Below, piece by piece: positions 52,957-61,908 of a stretch of DNA of 64,000 nt. The notes beneath the pieces were generated by a model, which saw nothing but the letters and a program-made list of their open reading frames with translations, ran no database searches and was not told the origin of the DNA. The translations under genes were made by a program, and so were the position numbers. Where the stretch lies: assembly GCA_038249055.1 (NCBI GenBank), contig JBBRWS010000005.1, positions 1,822-65,821 of the forward strand, read 5' to 3'. The stretch comes from Minisyncoccia bacterium. GTDB taxonomy: Bacteria > Patescibacteriota > Minisyncoccia > Phycocordibacterales > UBA9973. Position 1 is the stretch's first letter, and the number at the start of each line of letters is the position of its first letter.

Positions 52957-53952
52957 TTAATTTTTTTCGGCTATTTTTTGTAGTGCTTTTTCTTGTTCCT
53001 CGTTTAGTAATCCATTAAAGAGATTTTTGAATACACTTTTTTTAATTTCAGGAGATAAATATTTCCATGGGCCAGCAAGTGGTTTTCCGGACTTTTCCCA
53101 TTTTGTAAATACATCTTGTAAAACATTATTGTTTATTTCCACATATATAATATCATCCACCTCAACACCACGCATTTTTGCTTTATTTATTTGCTCCATT
53201 TTGTGTTCTGATTTGCTTGTGTTTGTAGTAAATTGAACACCGATTGATTTTTCTTCAAATTGACTTTCAAGTTTATTTATACCCACTCCACGTTTTTTCT
53301 GTTTAGTATTAATAATAAAATCTATTTTATTATTAACATCCTGATATGCATTTGCTTCTAATATTGTAAAACCTAAGTCTGAGTGGTCTATAGATAAACC
53401 TTCAAGAACTCCGATAATAATTTGTTCAGCAATAACTCCAAATTGTTTACTTTCAACACCCGAACGAATCGCGATTTGATTATAAGCTTCAGCCTTTAGC
53501 GCATCATCATTTTTTGTTGTTTTTGAAAGACTTGAAGCTAATTCCTTGTTTAATTTCTGATATAAATGGTCATTTAATATAGATTCTGTCATCAATTTAC
53601 GAATTTTTTTGCCATCACCTGATGACTCTATTGATTCAGGTATTGTAAATTGTATACCTAATCTTCTTGCGCTAACAATATTACCAATACTTACATCTTT
53701 TTCACTTCCAGCAGAGAAGGTTTTTTTATATTTGTCATATCCTACTAGTCTACCTTCTTGTGTTTCCATAGTTTCTTTTATTTGTGGAATTTCTTTTTCA
53801 ATGTCTTTAATTATGCCAGAGATAGTATTTTGTTCAATAAATATAGACTCATCGCCCAAAAATGAATTGGCATTTTGATTTGAATTATAAAAATTAATAT
53901 TTTCTTTGGAAATATTGTTTTTTGTGGGGTTTGTTTCCATTTTAAATTCCAT
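52957..53952 (-). CDS. Hypothetical protein
   Basis: 331 aa; no motif recognised. Confidence 0.35.
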   Translation of the reverse strand: MEFKMETNPTKNNISKENINFYNSNQNANSFLGDESIFIEQNTISGIIKDIEKEIPQIKETMETQEGRLVGYDKYKKTFSAGSEKDVSIGNIVSARRLGIQFTIPESIESSGDGKKIRKLMTESILNDHLYQKLNKELASSLSKTTKNDDALKAEAYNQIAIRSGVESKQFGVIAEQIIIGVLEGLSIDHSDLGFTILEANAYQDVNNKIDFIINTKQKKRGVGINKLESQFEEKSIGVQFTTNTSKSEHKMEQINKAKMRGVEVDDIIYVEINNNVLQDVFTKWEKSGKPLAGPWKYLSPEIKKSVFKNLFNGLLNEEQEKALQKIAEKN

Positions 53953-53972
53953 AGGCCTATTATATCATTCTT

Positions 53973-55520
53973 TTAAACACCGTGCTTTTTATGTAACTTT
54001 TCAACTTCTTCTTCTTCCATTTTGTCTTTTTTCTCTTTACCCCTCTCCCCTAGAACTTTTAGTTCAGCATCTCCAAGCATATTTAGTGATTTTACTAATT
54101 CAGATAAGTGAATTTCTGTATTTTTGGATGGGTCATCTAGAACTTCTTCAAGAAGTGCACTTAAAATCCAGCCCATACGAGGAGATGGTTTCACATGTAA
54201 CGTTTTAATCATATATTCCCCATCTATAGCTAATTGGCCTACAGATATTGGATCATGTAGAACCTCTTCAATCATAGCGTGATATTTACGTAAGCGATAT
54301 GGGGCCTCTTTCTTTTTCATACCAACCCTATCACATTCTCGTACATTCATAAGTTCCCAAATATGTTCCTTCCCTACATTTTGAACAACACGACGGACTG
54401 CGGAAAGAGTGATTGTTTCTGTATCTGAGAAAAACATATGACCACGAACCAATTTCAACACCAAGTCGGTTGTTTTTTGGGGAAATTTTAATCTATCCAT
54501 TATTTGTTTCGTCATTCTGGCTCCAACAACTTCATGTCCGTAAAATGTATATTTCCCTTTTCCACCAGCTTTTGTTCCGTCCCAGCGTCTTGTTTTAGGT
54601 TTACCGACATCGTGAAACAGCGCCGCTAATCGAATTTCTAGAGACCAACTTTTTTTTACCGCATGGCCAAGAGCATGAAGTAAATGTTCCCATACGTCAT
54701 AAATATGCTCACCTTTTTGCTCACATCCAATTCCCTCTTCCAGTTCAGGAATTATATATTTAAGAAGATTAAGTTTAGAAAGAAGACTAAGGCCAAGAAC
54801 TGAGTCATCTGACATAATGATTTTTATAAATTCATCTCTAATGCGTTCAAAAGATATATTCTTGATTAATTCTGAATTATCAACAATTGCTCGTGTTATA
54901 TCACTAGATAATATAAATCCCAGTTGAGCTGAAAAACGGATAGCGCGAATCATTCGAAGGGCATCCTCATTAAATCTATCTTCGGGATTTCCGACTGCTC
55001 TTATAATTTTGTCCTTTATGTCCTTTTGTCCATTAAAATAATCAACAATTTGTCCTTTTCCTGGATTATATGCTAAAGCGTTTATTGTAAAATCACGTCT
55101 TTTAAGATCATCTTCTAAATTATTACTAAATTTTACATCATCTGGATGTCTAAAATCACTATATTTTGCTTCAATTCTATATGGAGTTACTTCAATTATA
55201 TAATACTTTGTTTCAGGTGAAACAATATTTTTACTCATTTCTGATGTTTCACATGTAACATTATTTAATTCCTTTGGTATACACACACCAACTGTGCCAA
55301 ATTTGTTCTCGTATATAGTCTTTTCAAATAATGAAATAATTTCGTCTGGTTTTGCGTTTGTAGTAATATCCCAATCGTTTGGTTCCCTGTTCATTATAAG
55401 ATCACGGACACAACCCCCGACTAAAAAAACTTGAAATCCGGATTTTTCAAGTGTTTCTGTTACACGTGTAACATATTTTGGGATTAAATTATTATTTATA
55501 GTCGTTAGTTTTTTTTCCAT
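53973..55520 (-). CDS. cca: CCA-adding tRNA nucleotidyltransferase with HD domain
   Basis: 515 aa; Pol-beta-type head FLVGGCVRDLIM..DWD; RNA-binding body; C-terminal HD (HDVGK). Confidence 0.82.
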   Translation of the reverse strand: MEKKLTTINNNLIPKYVTRVTETLEKSGFQVFLVGGCVRDLIMNREPNDWDITTNAKPDEIISLFEKTIYENKFGTVGVCIPKELNNVTCETSEMSKNIVSPETKYYIIEVTPYRIEAKYSDFRHPDDVKFSNNLEDDLKRRDFTINALAYNPGKGQIVDYFNGQKDIKDKIIRAVGNPEDRFNEDALRMIRAIRFSAQLGFILSSDITRAIVDNSELIKNISFERIRDEFIKIIMSDDSVLGLSLLSKLNLLKYIIPELEEGIGCEQKGEHIYDVWEHLLHALGHAVKKSWSLEIRLAALFHDVGKPKTRRWDGTKAGGKGKYTFYGHEVVGARMTKQIMDRLKFPQKTTDLVLKLVRGHMFFSDTETITLSAVRRVVQNVGKEHIWELMNVRECDRVGMKKKEAPYRLRKYHAMIEEVLHDPISVGQLAIDGEYMIKTLHVKPSPRMGWILSALLEEVLDDPSKNTEIHLSELVKSLNMLGDAELKVLGERGKEKKDKMEEEEVEKLHKKHGV

Positions 55521-55832
55521 AAGAAAATTAGACTACGATATTTTTGTGCGATAGATATCTAGGAGAATCGCGAGATACTCTAGCTGGTACTTTTCTATCT
55601 TCGATAAGGAAAAGTCTTCCGATTCTCCTATGAGAGCAAAACTATTTGCTCTCTATCCCGCACAAAAAGCTTAGCTTATTTTTGTGCGGGATACCCAGTA
55701 GGTCATTTTGCTAAATGACCCGTGAGGTCATTCTACTGAATGAGGATCATCAATTCCGATTCTCCTATTAAATTTAACCTGCAATATCGTTCTACTTGTT
55801 AACTTATACATAATAACCGTATATTTTTTTTG

Positions 55833-55903
55833 TGCGGGATAGGAGAATCGGACTCCTGTCTCATCCTTGGCAAGGACGTGTTCTACCACTAAACCAATCC
55901 CGC
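55833..55903 (-). tRNA. tRNA-Gly (anticodon GCC)
   Basis: Cloverleaf folded by hand: acceptor GCGGGAT/ATCCCGC, D-stem GTTT/GAAC, anticodon stem CGTCC/GGATG, loop TTGCCAA, T-arm AGGAG-TCCGATT-CTCCT; close to E. coli tRNA-Gly(GCC); no encoded CCA. Confidence 0.85.
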
Positions 55904-56034
55904 AACCATAAAATAACTTATAAAGTATAATCATTTTTAGTAAAAAATGCAATTATGAATAAATGCTTATTTTAAAAGCTGATTTACTAAAAAATAAAAT
56001 TAGTATACAATAATATTAATCAAATATTGTATAT

Positions 56035-56106
56035 GCGCCCGTAGCTCAACGGATAGAGTACTTGTCTTCGGAACAAGTGATGTGGGTTCGATTCCTGCCG
56101 GGCGCA
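56035..56106 (+). tRNA. tRNA-Arg (anticodon UCG)
   Basis: Acceptor GCGCCCG/CGGGCGC, D-arm GCTC-AACGGAT-AGAG(T), anticodon stem CTTGT/ACAAG, loop CTTCGGA (U33, UCG, G37), T-loop TTCGATT; no encoded CCA. Confidence 0.8.
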
Positions 56107-56310
56107 CAAAAAGCCCGAGCTCCGTCCCTGCGGACGGAGCGTGCAGGAATCGAAAGATTTTTCGATGTCGAGCTTGTGAGACCGAAAAATACCAGACTAA
56201 GTAATAGTCGATTCCTGCCGGGCTAAATCAAAATCTTAAACTTATTTTAAAATGTGAAATGTACACTGAGAATGGTAAATAATTCTACTCGCGGTCCTGC
56301 CGGGCGCACC
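56107..56310 (+). repeat. tRNA-Arg 3'-end-derived copies (TCGATTCCTGCCGGGC at 56208-56223; GGTCCTGCCGGGCGCACC at 56293-56310) plus structured module X1 (CTGCGGACGGAGCGT + expanded T-arm-like stem GCAGGAATCGAAAGATTTTTCG ... TCGATTCCTGC)
   Basis: Direct repeats of the last 16-18 nt of the adjacent tRNA; 11-bp stem that mimics and extends the tRNA-Arg T-stem. Confidence 0.55.
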
Positions 56311-56719
56311 CTATATTTCCTGAATATACAAATTAAATACGAGACCTTACTTTTGACCTTTATGCGTCCTTTATCCCCACAAAAAAGCCTTAAAAATTAA
56401 TAATTTTGTGGATAACTATGTGTGTATTGTTTATAAAAGACAATTATGTCATAGTAGTTTTGAAAGACATTATTTTAAAATTCAATAATATATGTTGTTA
56501 TATAAAGATATTTTTAGATTTGAGTCCTTAATCGAAGATTTTTGTCCATTAAAGACAAAATCGTTTCACGTGAAACGATTTAATTTGTTACACATGTAAC
56601 AAAGCTGTTAAATATATGAATTTACAAAAATTTTTTAATAAACATAGATTATTAGTAATATATTTTACACAATTCTATTATTTTAAATATAAAAATGAAT
56701 TGAGTAAATAATTTGGCTG

Positions 56720-57115
56720 ATGAAGAATTTTATATCTGGTACACAAAAAATAGGAGAATTAGGTGAAGGAGTTGCCTGTATGTTTCTTGTGAAACATGGT
56801 TTTGATATTTTGGAAAGAAATTATACTAAAAAATGGGGAGAAATTGATATTATTGCTCAAAAAGGTGATAAAAGATACTTTATTGAAGTTAAATCTAAAA
56901 GTGTACTAAGTTTAGATTTTGTATCAAATAATGAAGGAAGACCCGAAGAAAATATGCATCCATGGAAGATGAAGAGACTAAGAAGGGTAGTTGAAACGTA
57001 TTTAATCAGTCAAAGACTTGGGTATGTTGATTGGCAGTTTGATCTATTTGTAGTGTATTTGGATATAGATGGTAGAAAAGCGAGAGTTAAGGTGATGGAG
57101 AATATAATATTGTAA
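56720..57115 (+). CDS. yraN: YraN-family (UPF0102) PD-(D/E)xK-fold endonuclease-like protein
   Basis: 131 aa; GELGEGVACMFL...GEIDIIA..YFIEVKS pattern typical of YraN. Confidence 0.65.
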   Translation: MKNFISGTQKIGELGEGVACMFLVKHGFDILERNYTKKWGEIDIIAQKGDKRYFIEVKSKSVLSLDFVSNNEGRPEENMHPWKMKRLRRVVETYLISQRLGYVDWQFDLFVVYLDIDGRKARVKVMENIIL

Positions 57116-57164
57116 GATATTATTTGAGTTTTTATCAATTTTAGTGTATATTATTATGGTATTT

Positions 57165-57235
57165 GCGGGATTAGTTTATCGGTAAAATAACAGTTTTCCA
57201 AACTGTGGTGAAGGGTTCGACTCCCTTATCCCGCA
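57165..57235 (+). tRNA. tRNA-Gly (anticodon UCC)
   Basis: Acceptor GCGGGAT/ATCCCGC, D-stem GTTT/AAAT, anticodon stem ACAGT/ACTGT, loop TTTCCAA, T-arm AAGGG-TTCGACT-CCCTT. Confidence 0.8.
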
Positions 57236-57242
57236 CAATTAT

Positions 57243-57267
57243 AAAAACCAGCTTCGGCTGGTTTTTA
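57243..57267. terminator. Intrinsic terminator (CCAGC-TTCG-GCTGG) flanked by A5/T5
   Basis: GC stem with stable TTCG tetraloop immediately after tRNA-Gly(UCC). Confidence 0.7.
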
Positions 57268-57268
57268 T

Positions 57269-57492
57269 GTGCGGGATAGGAAGCAGACTACTCTGCTTCC
57301 GTAAGGGAGTCAAAGGGCTTTTCATTATAAATTTAGACCCTGTCTAAATTTATTGAAAAGGCATACTGTCCTCGTAGAGGAAGGCTCCCTTTGTTTTTAT
57401 CTGCGGACGGAGCGTAAGGGAGTCGAAAGATTTTTCTTTATTTTGATATTAATCAAAATAGAAAAATACCCGAATAGGTTGTATTCGACTCC
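57269..57492 (+). repeat. tRNA-derived fragments and module X2 (inverted copy of the tRNA-Gly(GCC) 3' end GTGCGGGATAGGA; CTGCGGACGGAGCGT + expanded T-arm-like stem AAGGGAGTCGAAAGATTTTTC ... TTCGACTCCCT mimicking the tRNA-Gly(UCC) T-arm)
   Basis: Shares the 15-nt CTGCGGACGGAGCGT block and the GAATCGAAAGATTTTTCG-type hairpin with X1. Confidence 0.5.
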
Positions 57493-57754
57493 CTAATTTA
57501 ATTTATCTGGATGCCATATTTTATTAAACCTGGACTATGAGTAGAACCGGGATATATTCCTGTATTCATGGCCGGGACCGGCATTAGCCTTATCGAAAAT
57601 TACAGGAATATTTGAATAGGGTCCGGGATCGTGAGTACACTTATCGACGATTACATCGTCAGGTACTTTTCGCTCTGGCTAATGCCAGAGAACGAAAAAT
57701 CTTTCGATTCCCGGGCACGAGTGAAGCAGTTCACTCGTTCACCCCGACAATAAG

Positions 57755-57788
57755 TAAAAACCACAATAATAAATTATTGTGGTTTTTA
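57755..57788. terminator. Bidirectional terminator (CCACAATAA-TAAA-TTATTGTGG) flanked by A5/T5
   Basis: 9-bp stem; downstream of tRNA-Pro on the minus strand. Confidence 0.6.
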
Positions 57789-57795
57789 CTTATTG

Positions 57796-57866
57796 TCGGG
57801 GTGCCGGGAATCGAACCCGGCCCTTATGTTCCCAAAACATAGATACTACCGATATACTACACCCCG
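57796..57866 (-). tRNA. tRNA-Pro (anticodon UGG)
   Basis: Acceptor CGGGGTG/CACCCCG, D-stem GTAT/GTAT (two G-U pairs), anticodon stem TATGT/ACATA, loop TTTGGGA (UGG, G37), T-arm CCGGG-TTCGATT-CCCGG. Confidence 0.75.
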
Positions 57867-57934
57867 ATGTAATTTATCTATCTTAGCATATTTTGTACTA
57901 AAAACAATTTTTAATATTTTGACAAATTTGTTAA

Positions 57935-58414
57935 TTGCAAGTGACTTGCATTTGTGATAAACTAAATATTGTGAAAAATACAAATGATAATATATTTAAT
58001 ATTGATAATTTATTAAAGGAGAAAGGATATAAAGTTACCCAAGCTCGAATCGCTATCTTAAATTTGTTTTTAAAAAGTAAATTTCCACTTAGTGCACTAG
58101 ATATTTATAAAGAAATAATTAAAAATAATAAAATAAAAAAAATTAATGAGGTTACAATATATAGAACTTTATCATCATTAGAAAAAAGTGAAATTTTAAA
58201 AAAAATAAACTTAAGAAGAGATTCAGTATATTTTGAATTAAATAATGATCATCATCACCATATTATTTGTACCAGCTGCGGGCTCCTTGAGGATTTTAAA
58301 GAAAATAAAGATATAGAAAAATTATTGGAAAATATTATAGAAAAGTCGACTAAGTTTAAAAAAGTAAAAGAGCACTCCTTGGAATTATTTGGGATTTGTA
58401 AGGTTTGTAATTAA
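57935..58414 (+). CDS. zur: Fur-family metalloregulator (Zur-like)
   Basis: 159 aa; winged-helix N-terminus; HHHHxxC..C and C..C metal sites; precedes a ZIP transporter. Confidence 0.8.
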   Translation: MQVTCICDKLNIVKNTNDNIFNIDNLLKEKGYKVTQARIAILNLFLKSKFPLSALDIYKEIIKNNKIKKINEVTIYRTLSSLEKSEILKKINLRRDSVYFELNNDHHHHIICTSCGLLEDFKENKDIEKLLENIIEKSTKFKKVKEHSLELFGICKVCN

Positions 58415-58419
58415 TAAAA

Positions 58420-59169
58420 ATGATAATAAATTATTTATATGCAATTATTAGTGTTGTCGCGGTGAGCCTTGTCTCACTCATAGGAGTATTTTCTCTTTCT
58501 TTAAAGGAAGATATTTTAAAGAAATATATTAATTTGTTTATTAGTTTAGCAATTGGAGCTTTGTTGGGAGACGCTTTTATACACATTATTCCTGAAGCTT
58601 TTGAGAGTAGACTCGGATCTAATCTAGCCAGTATTTTAGTTATTATTGGAATCTTATTATTTTTTATAATAGAGAAATTTATTCATTGGCATCACCACGG
58701 AGAAGATACAGAAGAAAGTCATGTACATCCAGTTGGTAAATTAGTTTTATTTACAGATGGATTTCACAATTTTATTGATGGCGTTATTATAGGAGCTAGT
58801 TTTATTGTTAGTATTCCAGTTGGGATTGCTACGACCCTCGCTGTTATTTTACACGAGATCCCGCAAGAAATAGGGGATTTCGCTGTTTTGATTCATGCTG
58901 GATATACAAAAAAACGTGCTCTATGGTTGAATTTGATTTCAGCTCTTGCTTCTGTTTTAGGATTAATTGTAGTTTTTATTTTTGGAAATATTATTGATGA
59001 TATTGCATTGTGGTTTATACCTATTGCAGCTGGTGGTTTTATATATATTGCAGTTGCAGATTTAATTCCAGAGCTTCATAAAACAAAAAATATCAAACAT
59101 TCATTTATCCAGTTGTCAGTAATAATGATTGGCGTTATGTCTATGGTTGCACTAACATTTTTAGAATAG
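58420..59169 (+). CDS. zupT: ZIP-family zinc transporter (ZupT-like)
   Basis: 249 aa; 8 TMs; HEIPQEIGDF signature in TM5; His-rich loop. Confidence 0.82.
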   Translation: MIINYLYAIISVVAVSLVSLIGVFSLSLKEDILKKYINLFISLAIGALLGDAFIHIIPEAFESRLGSNLASILVIIGILLFFIIEKFIHWHHHGEDTEESHVHPVGKLVLFTDGFHNFIDGVIIGASFIVSIPVGIATTLAVILHEIPQEIGDFAVLIHAGYTKKRALWLNLISALASVLGLIVVFIFGNIIDDIALWFIPIAAGGFIYIAVADLIPELHKTKNIKHSFIQLSVIMIGVMSMVALTFLE

Positions 59170-59271
59170 AATTGTTTGCTGATAATTTAATTATAAAAAG
59201 AAAAAAACCACTCATAGATAGAATAGAGTGATTTTTTTCTTAGATTTAATTGCTTTATAATAACAATCAAA

Positions 59272-59544
59272 TTATTTAACAGCGTCTTTAAGAGCCTTTG
59301 CTGCTCTAAACTTTGGAACTGTTGTTGCGGCTACTTTAACTTGTTCTCCTGTTTTAGGATTACGAGCCATACGTGCTGCACGTGCTTTTACTGAAAATAT
59401 TCCAATACCTGCTATTGATACTTCGCCTCCCTTTTTCAAGGTAGCAACGATTGCATCAAATATTCCATTCACAACTTCTTCGGCTTGAACTTTTGTTCCA
59501 CCAATTTTTTCATGAACGAGTTCTACTATTGCTTGTTTATTCAT
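59272..59544 (-). CDS. hup: Nucleoid-associated protein HU
   Basis: 90 aa; conserved HU arm RNPKTGE and GIGIFSV motif. Confidence 0.9.
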   Translation of the reverse strand: MNKQAIVELVHEKIGGTKVQAEEVVNGIFDAIVATLKKGGEVSIAGIGIFSVKARAARMARNPKTGEQVKVAATTVPKFRAAKALKDAVK

Positions 59545-59704
59545 TATTTATGTTCTGTATTTTTAAAGATACAGAATATTATTTGAATAATAATTCGACC
59601 GTTTTCAAACGATCCCTAATAAATAGGTATAATGTTATTATATACCAAGCCAATATTAATACAAGGGTTTTAGGTGTTTGACAAAATTACTCTTTGTGTT
59701 TAAT

Positions 59705-60496
59705 TTATTCACTAATTTTGTCGCTTGCTTGATTCCACGCGATCTCAAACATCATTTTCATAAAATCAGCTATAGATTTATTTGTAATAATTATTGAATG
59801 AAGTCCTTGATCCCAGATAGTAAAGACTGTATGATTTTTCCATGTAGAAAAATTTAAATTTGGATTTAATATTGATTTTGAAATAACCCTCGTTTCTCTC
59901 ATTTTTATTCTAGCTTCATTTAGTTCATCTATAGCAAGAGGAGAATCTGTTATTATGTTTCTAGAACGTATCCCTTTTTTTCTGCGAGCTACCCCGTAAC
60001 CCTTTAATCTATTGCGAGCTACGGTGAAAGTCTCTACATCTCCAGACATTCTTACAACTTCACCCCCTTTTTCTTGCTCTAGTGACCTAAAATATGTTTC
60101 AATAAACCCATCTTCTCCTTCTAAATACTCAACATCAATCTTTTCACTTTCACCACGAAGAGCAAAAAATGCTCTTAAGTCTGGAAGTACGGATTCAAGC
60201 TCAAGCATCTTATTATTCACAATATTTTGCTCGTATTCAACTAATTTCTTTATTTTTTCAGGCTTTTCGATATATATCATTCTCCTTTTACCTAATATTG
60301 TTATACCGAGAACATTTTTTGCAATTAGATTCTCTACTGCCAAGTGTATGGTGGAGCGAGGAAGTTTGACTCCTTGTGCAATATCAGCAATATTTGAAAC
60401 TCCATTTTTGAATAAGTAAAAAATAACCTGTTGTTCTGCCATATCTAGGCCGATATTCTTTAAAGTTTTTTTAATTTCTTGAGATATTTCTATCAT
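59705..60496 (-). CDS. Transcriptional regulator with N-terminal winged HTH (TrmB-like)
   Basis: 263 aa; N-terminal 70 aa helix-turn-helix (LDMAEQQVIFYLFKNGVSNIADIAQGVKLPRSTIHLAV). Confidence 0.45.
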   Translation of the reverse strand: MIEISQEIKKTLKNIGLDMAEQQVIFYLFKNGVSNIADIAQGVKLPRSTIHLAVENLIAKNVLGITILGKRRMIYIEKPEKIKKLVEYEQNIVNNKMLELESVLPDLRAFFALRGESEKIDVEYLEGEDGFIETYFRSLEQEKGGEVVRMSGDVETFTVARNRLKGYGVARRKKGIRSRNIITDSPLAIDELNEARIKMRETRVISKSILNPNLNFSTWKNHTVFTIWDQGLHSIIITNKSIADFMKMMFEIAWNQASDKISE

Positions 60497-60950
60497 AAAT
60501 GGATTATATCATATACATTAAAAATGACAAATATTTATGACAAAAATATGAAATATCTATATTTTACTTATATATTTAGACAAAATACACACAGAGTATC
60601 AAAATACCTTGTCAAAATACTTGACTATACATTAAATTATGTTAATCTATGCAAATAGTAATGAAAGACAATAATTCATTATATAAGTGTTCGTTAAAAG
60701 TTCTTGAAAGGTAGATTTTAGGTATTATTTTAATAAATGATACTCAAGATCTTCCTTTTAAGGATAAAGATGAGGCGGTGGCAACCGACGATCAGGGTTT
60801 ATTTACATAAGTGCACGCGTGTAATATAAACTACAAGCCTGGGTTATAGAGACTAGATAAAACTGAACATTAAAAATCGGAACAATTTTTAATGGACCAT
60901 TGTAGGTATGGAAAGTAGGCAGAGTCTACCCAACAAAATGTCTCAAAACA

Positions 60951-61085
60951 AAGGAGAAACAAATGCTTAGGCAAATGTTTCTCCTCATTATTCAGTTCGT
61001 AAGCGTGTCCCGTAGTGAGCTTTACTCTACTACCAGGATAATTTTGTGGATTGATAGTTAAATTGTTCTTTTAAATCACATGATA
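60951..61085 (+). repeat. Repeat unit R1 (copy a): terminator-like hairpin GGAGAAACA...TTTCTCC + conserved block TCATTATTCAGTTC...TTTGTGGATTGATAGT.A.ATTGTTCTTT.AAA preceding a small-peptide gene
   Basis: About 85% identical to 61575..61680. Confidence 0.55.
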
Positions 61086-61246
61086 TGAAAAAAATTAGAG
61101 AATTTGTGAGAGATTTTGCTGATAATTATCCATGGTTGACTGCGATTATAACCATTTGTTTGGTGATTTATTTGCTTCAGATTTCCGGATTTGTCGCTTG
61201 GCACCAACATTTTTTGGATTCTTTTTGGGAGAATAAAAGATTCTAG
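61085..61246 (+). CDS. Small hydrophobic peptide (53 aa, one TM), hypothetical
   Basis: MKKIREFVRDFADNYPWLTAIITICLVIYLLQISGFVAWHQHFLDSFWENKRF; follows repeat R1a; below the ORF-track cutoff. Confidence 0.35.
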   Translation: MKKIREFVRDFADNYPWLTAIITICLVIYLLQISGFVAWHQHFLDSFWENKRF

Positions 61247-61301
61247 GAAAATAAGTGAGCCTAATAGTAAAATCACTTACAATTAATTTAATTTTTTATA
61301 A

Positions 61302-61541
61302 ATGAAAAAACTGAAGTTGGCGATTGGACAAAAAGTATTTGTTGTAAACTTAATTCATGGGGTTGTAAGAAATAGTGAGTATGGAAAGTTATCGGAAGTT
61401 AACGAACCTAACAACATTATTTTATCATTACAACCTTTTGGTGAAAGTATTATCCCTATTGATAATGGGAGCGACAAGATACTTAAAATTTATGACAAAC
61501 AAGGATATGTCATTTATGATGCCGAAACCAGTATTAAATAA
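61302..61541 (+). CDS. Hypothetical small protein (79 aa)
   Basis: Track ORF; followed by the conserved GAGCCTnATAGTAAAATCA block and a palindromic terminator GGAGAAGAATTCTTCTCC. Confidence 0.35.
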   Translation: MKKLKLAIGQKVFVVNLIHGVVRNSEYGKLSEVNEPNNIILSLQPFGESIIPIDNGSDKILKIYDKQGYVIYDAETSIK

Positions 61542-61574
61542 TCCTGAAGGAAATGGATGAGCCTCATAGTAAAA

Positions 61575-61680
61575 TCATCTACAAACAGGAGAAGAATTCT
61601 TCTCCTCATTATTCAGTTCATAAATTAATTTGTGGATTGATAGTGAGATTGTTCTTTAAAACAAATTTAATTGGTTCCCA
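61575..61680 (+). repeat. Repeat unit R1 (copy b) preceding a second small-peptide gene
   Basis: See 60951..61085. Confidence 0.55.
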
Positions 61681-61723
61681 TAGTTTCTATTTGGAGGTTA
61701 TGGAAACCAATTAAATTTTAAAT

Positions 61724-61882
61724 ATGAAAAAGTTTTTTCTTCGAGCACTCATTTTAATTGTGTTACTGGTGGCGTATTTTATTAATCCTGGAGCAGCTCT
61801 ATTTTTAGCAGTCTATGTTTCATTGAGATTATTATCACCAACTATTGCCGTATTTCTATCTAATCATTTTAGAAAAAAAGTA
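61724..61882 (+). CDS. Small hydrophobic peptide (52 aa, two TMs), hypothetical
   Basis: MKKFFLRALILIVLLVAYFINPGAALFLAVYVSLRLLSPTIAVFLSNHFRKKVK; follows repeat R1b. Confidence 0.35.
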
Positions 61883-61908
61883 AAGTAGTCAGTTAAACAA
61901 TCATTAAG

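Noticed and set aside
55728-55952. 74-aa minus-strand track ORF
   Set aside because: It overlaps tRNA-Gly(GCC) (55833..55903) and its flanking tRNA-derived repeats almost entirely, so it is a spurious ORF over an RNA gene.
61076-61276. 66-aa minus-strand track ORF
   Set aside because: It lies antisense to a better-supported plus-strand small-peptide ORF (61085..61246), which is preceded by the conserved cassette block. No independent support.
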